A stretch of DNA of 64,000 nucleotides from Raillietiella orientalis (lineage: Eukaryota), in assembly GCA_036172245.1 (NCBI GenBank), contig JAYWIR010000042.1, forward strand, positions 1,736,001 through 1,800,000, read 5' to 3'. Shown here piece by piece: positions 24,900 through 35,600 of the stretch; position 1 is the stretch's first letter, and each line of letters begins with the position of its first letter. The position numbers and the translations under genes were made by a program. The notes beneath the pieces are model-generated. The model saw nothing but the letters and a program-made list of their open reading frames with translations. It was not told the origin of the DNA and searched no databases.

Positions 24900-26100
24900 T
24901 TCCCGAGTTCATAAAGAGAGGGCACTCTGGCACCACGGGACCAAGGGAAGTGTGGTCCTGAACGATGCCAGGTGCGGCAAAGGGGAGCAGGAATGTTTTT
25001 CCCGGCCCTCAACCTCCCAGTGGAGGATTCTAAGGACTTGCTGAAGCGCCTCTTCATGCGCAGTGCAATGCCTCCTGCCGCAGAGCTCGCATCCCTGTCC
25101 TGCCTCCGCGGAATCGTGGCCTCGAGAAGCTTTTCCGAAAGGGTCAGGAGGACAGTAGCATCCCCTGTCATGTCTCTTGAGACGACAAGGTGGTGTCTCC
25201 TGACGCTCTACAAGCAGGAACTTGCCGTCATCCTGGATGGAATGACGAGGACTACAGGGAGATTGCCGTGATCTCTTTCCTTGCCACCCTTTCTCCAGAG
25301 TTCTTTTTGAAAACAATTATTTTGTGTATGGGGTGTGATCACTTTTCTTTCTTTCTTTTTTTCCTACCCTCCTGCCATTTTCTTCCCTGTGCGGGCCTTG
25401 TCGGGTATTCTGCTTGTCGAGCAGAAGCATCTTCTGGACTCGTGCCGACGTAGTAAACTTTGTAATCCCACTACGAAGGGCAACTTTGTATTTCTATTTA
25501 TTTTCGAACTGTTTGTACGTCAATGCATGGTACAATACACACTCCGGCGTGATCGGGTTTGAACAAGAATTTTACCAGCGTATGTGTCCGTGTGGTTGGC
25601 GCCTGCAAAACGAGGCGTCATCAAAGCAGCTCCATTGATCGGCAACAGGACCTCAGTGCACCCGTTGTCGTACGCCATGTCAAGAGACCTACTACCTGAC
25701 AAAGTGTACATCTCTTTCTTTCATCTATCACTTGCTCCTACACGTGATGCTCCTCTGGGAACGTAAGGTTTCCTATTTTCAGATCGTTTACATTTATTCC
25801 CTCCAGAGCTGCAAAAAACGTTGAGGTACCACACTGGACGTATCGAAAGATATCCACTAGCAGCCTAATGCTTGATTTCGGCACAGAGCCTTGATCGCCT
25901 TTTTGGAATCTTCCAAGACAGGAGGGGCTGCGTTGCTGTAGCACAGTGTAGTTCTTGATGAGATATACAGCTTGGCATTCTGATTCATCGGATATGCTTA
26001 GATAAGGAGAGATTTATTAGATCTTTGTCTCTGTGAAGGACAAGGGAAATGAAGAGAGAAGGGAAGTAGAGATGGTGTTGATGAGGGCTATCAGCGAACT
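24900..26100 (+). mobile_element. EVE: PB2 central region
   Basis: LPVEDSKDLLKRLFM ~ [31 protein letters not shown] ~ [40 protein letters not shown] gap-free with [30 protein letters not shown] ~ LIVSGRD. Confidence 0.8.
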
Positions 26101-26299
26101 GAAGATGAATCAATAAATATGGAACACTGGAGACATAACTGAGCTTAAGGATCTGGAAGGAAGGATCCTGAGATTTAATCAAATTAATCTTTGTGGTAGG
26201 AAGCGACGAAGAGGCCTATGAGGGAAAAAAAAATTCTTCAACTAGGGATAGGAACGTGCTCCATTTTCAGAACCAAAGAATGAAACGGAATGCACATGA

Positions 26300-26700
26300 A
26301 GTCCAAGAATGCAGTGTTTGAGCGTTTTGAGGACTGAAGAGCATCTGAAGAAAGGTCAGGAAGGTGTTCTGGCCATTGAAGTAGTGTGGTTTGCGAAGAG
26401 TCCAAACTGAAGCGTAGGGGGAAGCTTTCTCCAAGATGTCTCGTAAAGATGTTCTTCCTTTTCTTTTTGATGGAAAGTCTTCTAGGCGAATGACGAGCAT
26501 GTCACTTTATTTCCTCTTTCTTTATTTCCTTCGTCACTTTATTTCCGAGGAAATTACTTGACGATCATCAACTTCCTTAATCGCATGAATGAGTGAACTT
26601 TCAGGGTCTTCGGTATCAAGATCAAAGGGAGAACCCTATGAAAGTGCCATTATGGCTAAAAAAAGGTACCGACAACTGGAGGGTGGGGCAATTCTCACGG
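26300..26700 (-). mobile_element. EVE: PB1 N-terminal fragment
   Basis: KGRTSLRDILEKASPYASV gap-free with QGRQTYDWTLNRNQPAATA; NGQNTFLTFLQ ~ NESGRLIDFLK; 5' part is an inverted paralogue of 28519-28643. Confidence 0.65.
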
Positions 26701-26789
26701 AACAAGTTTAACTGGATAAGGAACTGCAGTTCAGGTATCTACGAAGACTCCGAGAGACAGAGGCTGTTAATGCAGCCGGTGTGAATTGC

Positions 26790-28400
26790 CATCCGAGTAT
26801 GAACCCGAACTTGCAATTCCTTTTTTCCATCTTAAAACCGCACAAGACCATCTCAGTAAGGAAAGAATATTGGGACGACTTTGTCCAAATGTGGTACACA
26901 CGCTGAGATTGCTTTGCGATGGAACACTCCGGTGCAGAAGCTTTCAGAAGTGGATGATTTTGAAAGCTGCGGGAGGGTTTGTGTGACGTTCGCTCGGGTG
27001 TTGATCATAGGTCCATTCTCTTTGATGCTGATGTCTATCTTTCTGTGGCGTTGTTCTCCTTTGTATTGAATCGGGGTTGAATCAGAGAACCGTGAGCGTG
27101 TTCAGAGAATGGTTGAAATAGGTTGAAGACAGGACGTGTCGGTTTCTCCTTGGAGAATAGGGTCTTCATGTATTTCCCAAGAAAACAGTCGTTATGGATT
27201 TCTGCCACTTGCCATCCATGTGATCTCTATCAATGGGCACGCCAAGCCTTGAGCAGAAATGGCAGTACCGGAGCCGTGAGCGGCAAGACAAGGGCATGAT
27301 CTTTGGCACATTTGGACCAAACAGGACTGTATGATTCGCAGGGCAAGATGTCTCATGAATAATGCAAAGTTGATGAGATGGTAGCTTATACGAACAGATT
27401 GTGCTTGCCAGAGTGCATCACGTGTTCGGCACCGGGTTCCTTTGTCTGTGATTTTCCAGCACCCTATATCCTGGAAATTGAAGGTACTGCTGAACGACGG
27501 GATGGAAATCAAATGCGTTTGCTCACTGTCGCCTTACTCGTGACGCTATGTACCATAACAACCAACTCGAGGCACTCTCAGCGCTTCACTGTTCACTGTT
27601 CACCTATCCAGCGAAGAAGGAATCCTCTCTGCCCGTCTAGAGAGAGCTTTCATGCGGTCCGGACGCGAGCTGAACCTTAAAACGCATACAGCAGCTTCCC
27701 TTCGACTAAGGCAAAATCACCTCAAGGAGAAGATCAGGTTACTGCAAATTGAAAGACAGCGCACAGAGAAGCTTTCGGCTCGGTGAGCCTTGAGACTTCT
27801 CTCTCTTTCCCCCTCTCCTGCCTCTTCTGTAGAGACCCTTGAAAGAAGGAAAATACGTCGCTGAAGCTCCAGAGGATGGATTGATGCTGACTGTCTAATT
27901 GAGCAGACCAGGGTCGGGGCTTCCGATTGCCTTTATCGTTTGCTCCGAACGTAAAATATATTCTTCGTTTCCTTGTGGTTAGACAGGAAACGGGTCTTCG
28001 AGGATTCGTCGATGTTAAGCGTAGGAGAGGAGCAGAACCTCTCTCCTTCTGTGTTCATGTCAAATGACCTCTTCATGCCCACGTCACAATACATGATCAT
28101 CCCTGTTACTATACAACTCTGGCTACGCTTCGGTGCTTTTTTTCCTTCGAACAAAATTGGAGAAAAGAGTTATGATCATTCGAACAGAGGAAGAGGATGA
28201 GGCAATTGTGGATCACAAAATGACTCCTGGCCAGGTGTGAGGGAGCGTGACTAGGAGGAAAGAAGAAAGAGAAGGGCAACTAAGGGTGATAATTTTGAAT
28301 TGCTTCAGCTGAGGAGAAATATGGTGACCGATATTCACGATGCGTTGCCACGTGAGTTTCTCCTTCAAAGTGCTCCTCGTGCACCGAGGATGCCCAAACA
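26790..28400 (+). mobile_element. EVE: PA, near full length
   Basis: QRMVEIG* ~ NRFIEIGV; ARQALSRNG ~ IRQEMASRG; GWIDAD ~ SWIELD; SQYMIIPV ~ DDFQLIPM; LLQLRRNMVTDI...REFLLQS ~ FLYVRTNGTSKI...RRCLLQS; collinear. Confidence 0.8.
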
Positions 28401-28639
28401 ATATTGAGAAAATAGAGACTTAGCAGACATCCATGGGCAACAATCTGGGCGACTGAGCACTACCCATTTGCTTCTGTTCTTCTCGAACTCCTGAAAAAAC
28501 GAAGACTCATCAGTTAATCGGCTGAATTAACAGCCTCTGTCTCTTGGAGTCTTCGTAGATACTTGAACTGCAGGTCCACATCCATTTAAACTTGCCCTCT
28601 GAAAGTAGCCCCACCTTGCAATTGTAGATGCCTTTTTTA

Positions 28640-30700
28640 GCCACTCCCTTTACTTCTACTGGATCGGCCGTCCAAGATCGTAGTCAAAGAAATTTTTGCC
28701 TGAGTTCGTTTGCAAAGTGAAGTTCGTCCGCAAGCAACGATTGGTGAAGGCACGAAGACTGGAACCTGTTAGGAGACTTGCCATTCATGAGAGGAAGCAG
28801 CACGAGCTAGAATTGGCTATAGATGAATCTCCAGAATAGAGGAGTCGAAGTCGATCTTGAGTCTGCAAACTGCTACTAGGCAGCTGGCAGAAGATTGACA
28901 ACCGAGGAGCATTGTTCAAATCCCCCCCCAAGCAAGTGGTAAGTGCTCCAGATTTCAAGATTGCAGACGTCACTGTGAGAGGTGACGTAAACGAGGAGGC
29001 AACTGCGTCAGTCAGAGAGGAAGGGAAGAGTAATCTCAAGCAAAACACCAGGCAAACCATGGAGAACAATGAATTTTATTTCTTTCATTTTGCTCGACTT
29101 TACGTCAAGGAGCATCTTTAAAACAGATAAGCTTAAATCTCCATGATGATACAAAATTCCACTACGAGATGCAAAAGATGATGTTGGCAGCGTTCACACA
29201 GAAACAAGACATCAGGAGGGAGCTGTTGAGCTAACGCTCCTCCTTTCTGAAAAAATTAAGAAATTTTCCTTTATTGTCCACCGCTCTATGCAAGACTTCT
29301 CGGCTTCTCGGGAAACCACAGACTCATAGGGAGCACTTCAAAAATTGGGACTGCATCAGGAATGAGAGAGTGATGGCAATGGGCCCTGCCTGCAACACGA
29401 ATACTCCTGAATTCGTTTTCAGCTCGCTGATTCCTCACCCCCTCAACGTGAAGCGTCTTCGTTTCAGATGGACCGAATCTTAGGTTCGTCTGGATCGTCT
29501 CTCCTTCGAGCCACCTTTCATCTTGATGATCGCAGCTGGCTGTTGTATTCGGAACACATCGTCGCATGTATGACCGAGATACGTACATTGGCCATACAGA
29601 AATGACTATTTAGAATTGAGGGGGATCCCAAGCCAACCGCAGAAATGTCTGCTACAGAGTGGGATGCATTCGTTTTCATCCTCCTCTCCATAAGCGGTAC
29701 TGGAGATAGGTTTCCTTAGGTTAGCTCAACGGCAGTTCGTATGAAATACGCATGATCTCGGTGATTCTCGACTGGAAGTGGGCACGTGACATTCGGCAAA
29801 ATGCACTTCGTTGAGGAAGTTTCCTGCTCCCCGAGATCCATCGCTTGAAGCTCGCGTTCCAAGTGAACACCTACCCGAAAATGCTCACTGGGATGCTCAA
29901 CCTTTGTCGGTGCAGCCGATCTAGAGAATCATGGAAAATACTGAAGCTGAAAGGACAGCTAGTAATCTCTACTCGATGTCCACCTCGGAAGCGGCTGGAG
30001 AATCCGCAGTTCGTAAAGAACATCCCCGCTACAAGCTTGGCAGCATGACAGATAATCACAAACGCGTGCACATGAACAACGTTCGGTGAGTAAATGTTCT
30101 CTTTGGAATACCTCACTGGCGATTTTACGCTGCGCCGCTGACCACTTTGCACTGAGCCCAACACCTGCAGAGGAATGTCTGTTAATAAATACTTCATTCG
30201 ATTGGCGAGGCCCGCTGGAACAAGGAAACACGGGCGAAAACAGAGCAGTGCTATACTTTTTGCTCCCAAAAGATCCGAATAGAGTGAAATCAAAGTTACA
30301 AGTATGAAACGCATCTGTAGAAAACGGCAGGAGATGTCGAGGGAGAGACACAGTAGTTCTTGGGAAAACACTGCTGTAACCAGGGGATGTTGAGCGTATC
30401 CCCAATGCATCCATGACGGTTTCCATCCAGCATTTTTCCGAGTAAGAGAAACTCCTCTCTTTGATGCCACTGCGTTGTGTCCCTCAGGAGGATTTTGTTT
30501 CCTCGTCTGCAATGCCATGGAAATGCAGCACGCGAGCGTCTGGATACGCAGGAACAGAAGAAATCGAGGCGCCTTGAATGACGTTCTTCAAGGCTGCAGT
30601 AGCACCCGACTGGACGCAGAATGTGTTTCGGTTAAAGCTGACCTGCTCCCGAAAATTCGGAACGTTGTGCGTGGCTCCCGTAGCCTATGTCTTGCGAATC
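28640..30700 (+). mobile_element. EVE: PB1 (RdRp), near full length, heavily degraded
   Basis: Collinear: TPFTSTG ~ TTFPYTG; LFKS...ADVTVRG ~ IFEN...VDKLTQG; motif F FTQKQDIRRELLS*R ~ NTMTKDAERGKLKRR; motif A RWTES ~ KWNEN; motif B KMLTGMLN ~ GMMMGMFN; motifs D/E remnants; RRNRGALN ~ KRNRSILN. Confidence 0.85.
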
Positions 30701-30754
30701 CTCCTCAGCCTCCTTTTCCGTCACCTCTTCCCCTTTGCTTCCAACTCTGGCAGT

Positions 30755-31100
30755 TCAGTCCCCCTTTTTGTGAGCATAAGGGGCTGTCCAAGAGACCTCA
30801 GGGTGACTCCCGTTCCGACGCCTTGGAGACGCACTGCATAGGGTCGGTCTGCGTGCTGGCATTTGTCAGAGAGCCAGCTGCTGCCTCATTAGCGTGGGAG
30901 TCACCAGAGGAGCAGAAGATTCACGTGAGAGAGAGGCTGTGCGGGTTCTTTCAGCAAGTAGTTCTCCTTCTTCTCCGGAGATGCGATTTCGCAGATGCGG
31001 CTTACGTGCAGACCTGGCGCAGGAATGGTCTCAAGGGTGGAAGGAAAGGGTCATGAAAAGAAGTTTACGGAAGTCAGGAGGAATGCACCGGGAACACCCA
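30755..31100 (+). mobile_element. EVE: second PB1 C-terminal copy in tandem
   Basis: PFCEHK ~ PFVSHK; ETH...EEQKI..ERLCGFFQ ~ TTH...DEQMYQRCCNLFE; PEMRFRR...KSGGMHRE ~ PSSSYRR...ESGRIKKE. Confidence 0.65.
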
Positions 31101-31549
31101 TGCGCGGGCAGGAACCAAGCCACACCTCCTCACGGTCAGGAGGACTCTGAGGTGATCCGCTGAGGTCTGCTGCAAAAGTATCGCTCAGTGCCTTCAAGAG
31201 GATTCTCCGAGGATGACGGTAAAATCAAGGAAAAGGGGAGCAAAGGGTTGTGAAGAATACATATTTTTTCCGCGTTGCTTCATCCAACGTGGACCACTTC
31301 ACCAACAGATCTCCCCGGAAGCGCCTTCGTGGATGGTGAGGGAAGGGGTCTACGGCACAGCAACACGCATGGAGGCAGGGTTTCCACTTTGAATTACATC
31401 TTCTCTCTCGCCTCTCCCTCCTTTTCTCATTCCTCTCGTATCAACCCTTCCCTCTCTCTCTCGATATTGGTAACCTCCTCCCGTGTTCGGGAATGCCTTC
31501 CTCCCTAAAGGATGGGGGAAGAAAGCGGAGTAGGAAGGGGACCGGAACC

Positions 31550-32180
31550 ATCCATGCTTTCAATGGGGACAATGCAAGCGCTCTCTTCCCCTGCTTTGGT
31601 TCTCTGAGAAGCCGCCCCCGTCTGCATCCCTATCTCCTCTTTCTTCCTGCCTCTGCACCACCCACCCTTGCGAAGGAAGTTTCCCAAGAGTTCCTCCGAG
31701 ATTTGGGACATTCCTGGCGCGGTCTTTTCTCCAGTAGATCTCCACGGAGGAAGGGGGGGGGGGGAAGAACCGGGAGGCACCTCTGTCCGATCTCGAACTG
31801 CTTCCCCAGAGAGAGCGGAGAAGCTGTTGGGAGGAGGGTAGGGAATGGCAGCCGTCCCCGGAGGAAGCCAACCCCTTTCTGGTCCTTTCTTTCTTCTTCC
31901 TGACCTTCCTCCATTCCCTATCCCAGAAAAATCTCTTTCAGGCTGCCTCCCTCCAATGTCCTCCACGGACAGGATCGTATCCAGGAATTGCAAGGTTGGG
32001 ATGAGGTGCAGGCCGAGGAGCCGAGGAGCACAGGTGACGGGACAGGGAGCACCGGGACTATCGAAAGGAAAGGTCGCTAGGGAAAAGGAGGATGGTTGCG
32101 TGTGGACTCGTCTTCCCATCTTTCTCCCAAGCATGACGTCGTCCTCGAAGCAGCAGCGGTCTCTGGGGCGTCGCCCAAAG
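31550..32180 (+). mobile_element. EVE: PB2 C-terminal (627/NLS) region
   Basis: LLFLPASAPP ~ IKLLPFAAAPP; IVSRNCKVGMRCRPRSRGAQVTGQGAPGLSKGKVA ~ [34 protein letters not shown]. Confidence 0.6.
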
Positions 32181-32484
32181 GAATTGACCTTCTTGAGGTC
32201 CAGGAAGAATGGCAGAGAGGAAGGAGGACCCCCACAGCTCTGCGGAGAATTCCCCCCCGCAAAGCTGCATTAGGTGGACGACGCGCGCGGAGGCGCAGAT
32301 CGTTCCCTGGAGAGCAAGGACGCGCGCACTTTTCCTGCGCGCCATCCTTGCCTGCAGGAAAAGTGAGCTCTCGAGGTGACGCGAAAGGCAGAGACAGGGT
32401 TGGAAGAGGGGACAGAGAGCCTCCCCCCAATCCTCTGCCTGCCGCCCTGCTGCCCTGTGTGAGGGTCGAGCGAGGTGAGCGCGT

Positions 32485-32602
32485 CACGTGAGAGGAGGCG
32501 GAGCTTCTAGTGCGTAAGTCACGCGAGCGCACGCTAAGCGGCGACAGCAGCAGCACTAGTAGTCAGTGTGAGCTCTCGAGCAGCAGCAGCAGCAGCAGCA
32601 GC
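32485..32602 (+). promoter_or_regulatory. Putative hexokinase core promoter / 5' UTR
   Basis: E-box CACGTG 32485-32490, CACGCG 32520-32525, arthropod Inr-like TCAGT 32563-32567 and (CAG)7 32581-32601, immediately before ATG 32608. Confidence 0.45.
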
Positions 32603-32607
32603 GTGAT

Positions 32608-35600
32608 ATGCAGGAAACGACGTTCCCCGGAGCGGAAGCGTGCCGCACGCTGCGGCTGGAGGACAGGATCAAGGAGCAGCAGGTATCCCATTCCCCCTCT
32701 CCTCCGGCCTTGTTGCTCGCTCCCCACTTTTTCTTCGGGAGCGAGAGGGAGGGCCACTGGGCGAACCTGCGACTGGGGAGCGTCTCCCCGCCAACCGCAA
32801 AGGAAGGCGGGTACGTCCCTCTAGTTAGGAGGAAGGAAGAAAGGGAGGTGATCCTCTCCCCCTTGCGACGGACGATACCGATCTCGGTACGGCGCAGCTC
32901 CTTGGTTCCTCCTTCGACCATGGCATGCCAAGGACCGTCGTTCCCGTGAACAGAAGTAGCGCGATAAGTGCAGAAAGCGGATGCCTCACTCCATCTCGCC
33001 CCGCTCCCGTTTGTCTGAACTTCCCAGGATTCTCCAGAAAAAGGAGCCAGGTGCAAAGGAACCCCCTCCCCCATCCTCTTGCCGGACGAAAAGAAATCGG
33101 TGCGGGCGCACTGGGGACTGGCGGGAGGGAGCGAGGGTGTCTCAGAGCATCCGTAGAGGCGGCTACGGACTGCCCATTCCTCTCCGCGAGCTCAGGACAG
33201 GATGTAGTCATTCCCGCCGAGCGTTCTTCCCTTTCCCATGTCCCCAAAATAGCATGTCTGTCCTCGGTCGGTTGCCTCGAAGAATGTCCAGGATGCTCGC
33301 TTTGGGAACGAAGGAAGGGCGGAGGGGCTCCTTCCTGATTTGCCGACGTGTGTGTCCTCGGAAACGGACCTGTGGCATACCGAACTGCTTGATCCCGGTT
33401 GGCTGCGGAGCTGGTGGCGGACGGGTGGAAAGTACCAGACAGGTGTCTTTCACCTGTCTTCCTGGCTGGTGCACCTCTGGTAGCTTCCATTCAATCAGAA
33501 AGGCGCACGAGGATGCCGGAAATGGATAAACACCCGCTTGGATTCCACCGGGCGATGTTTCTCATCTCTCATCTCTAGGAAAGCTGTAACAGTCTGAGAA
33601 AACGAAAGCCCTTCTCTCTTTTTTCCCAGCAGAAAAGGGGCAAAAAAAGAAAGAAAAGGAAGGAGAGATAGGAACTGGAAGACAGAGCAGAGGGAGTGGA
33701 CCACTGTTGGTGGGGTGGAGAGGGTGCGCTCATGGCAGGTCAACTGGACGTACCCGTGGGGAGCGCCTCCATCTGTTTCCTCGAACGAGCGCTTCCGGTT
33801 TATCTCGTGCTCCCAGTTCCTATCCCCTCCTTTGACCTCAGCCTCAGGCAGTTTTTGCAGTCTGCTCTCGAAAAGAGGAAACTCCGACAGACGAGTAGCA
33901 ATCGAGCCACTGCTTCGAGAAGAAATTCCTTGCCATTCCTCTGAAGCATCCGTTCACATCGTCTTGCAGAATCCCCTTGGAAAGGAGGGTTTTTCACCCT
34001 CCTGGCACACACAGAAGCCGTTCTTACGACTCGATGCAGACGCTTCTTCTCTGTCTGCTACTCCCTCTTCCGGAAGAGTCTTTTCGGAACAAGCCTCGCG
34101 TTTGGGTATGCCGCTGTATGCGCGCACGGCCTCTTCTGAGTGGGGGCGAAGAGACGAGGGGCCCATCGCGGCGCCCGGAACAGGGCAGCAGGCCTGCCGA
34201 CGCGAATGCGCGACGGGACTCTCGTGGGGGAGGATATCAGATAACGAATGGATGGTTGGTTGCGCGAAGACAGGGCCAGAGCCGAGTTCACCTTCTTCCA
34301 TCGCCTTCAGGAATGCATCGTGGAACCGAGTCAACGCTTCCTGTGTTCCACAACGAGAGTTCATCTGTGGCCCCCTCAACGCACTCTCCCCCTAGAGCCA
34401 ATTGCTTCCAGTCCAGGAGAAATAGCGTTCGGAGCTAGAAAGAGGAAGGTTGAGAAAGCGACGCCCCCCTCCCTTCCTTCTTGGAGGGGAAGAAGAAAGC
34501 AGGGTAAAGGAGGCGGCAGTGCTACCACGAAGGACAAGGACAAGACTTCAGACAATGATTCCTTGATCCCAAGGAAGCAAGGCGTAGCTTCGGGCCTGTC
34601 TCAGACGCTTTGCCTTCCGTCCTCAAGGCTGCCAGACGACAGCGAGGGATTTTTTTTTAAGCGTCCCTCGCTTGCCCTCCGGGAAACCGGTCCATCACTC
34701 GTTCCCCCTAGTCTTCCTTCCCCTGTCCCATCCCCTCTGCTCGCACATTCTACGGTCCTCGTTCCCTCCTCCTCCTTCCCGCCGCGGTTCGTGACAGGCG
34801 GTCGGACAAGTCGTCTGAGAAGAGGCACATGCGGCACCGTCGCCGGAGCCCCCTCGGGGGACCAAGACCGGTGCTCTGCCTAGATCCGCGCCCCCATGTC
34901 CCGGTTTATCCGGAGCCTCTCTGCTCGCCTACCCTTTCGCTAACGCTCTTCCGCTCCAACAGTAACACCGAAGAAACGTTCTCACCAGTCAGGAGATGTC
35001 AGAAAAAAAACGAAAAAAAAAAAAAAACATTTTTTTTTTTTTTTCGTGGACCTTGGACGAGCCTTCAACCACCTACAGCCAACAAAAATAAAGACCATAG
35101 TCCACCATTGACTGCTCTATCTTGCGGTCGTTCCTCCTCATTATCTCCTTGGCAGGTCAATGACGATATGCGATGTCTGTGCCTGACTGGAGAGCAGATA
35201 CAGAAGATCAAGACCATATTCAGGGAAGAGATGGAGCTGGGCTTATCCAAGGATGACTTCAGGCGGTCATCTCTTCAGATGGAAGTAACGTACATCACCG
35301 AGCTGCCGGATAAGACAGGTAGTCCATTGCATCTTCAGTTCCATTGCTGAACTTTCTGCTTTCTTCTGTTCGCTGTACCTGTGCTTTCGACCCGCCGACC
35401 TTCCTACCTACCCTATCAGGTTGGGTGGCTGGTCGCATTTCCCATGCTTACTTCGTAGGGTCACTAGTCTTTCCTCTAATACGTTCTGATGCCAATTTTC
35501 GCTTTCCTGTTACGCTTTTACTTCCCGTCCTGTCGCATTCATCTCACTGATCCTCGTCCGTGGATGTGGACGCGTTCACATTCGACGAGGTCAATTCTCT

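Noticed and set aside
26593..26784. Apparent conserved peptide shared with the reverse of 28510-28690, suggesting paralogous host exons
   Set aside because: Explained by the nucleotide inverted duplication; the opposite strand leads into PB1-like sequence.
28213..28401. FGHP motif resembling a Mononegavirales L protein
   Set aside because: It is antisense to a much better collinear PA match and has no other L motifs.
32683..32690. GTATCCCA donor as a U12-type intron
   Set aside because: It does not match GTATCCTT, and no clear U12 branch site was identified.
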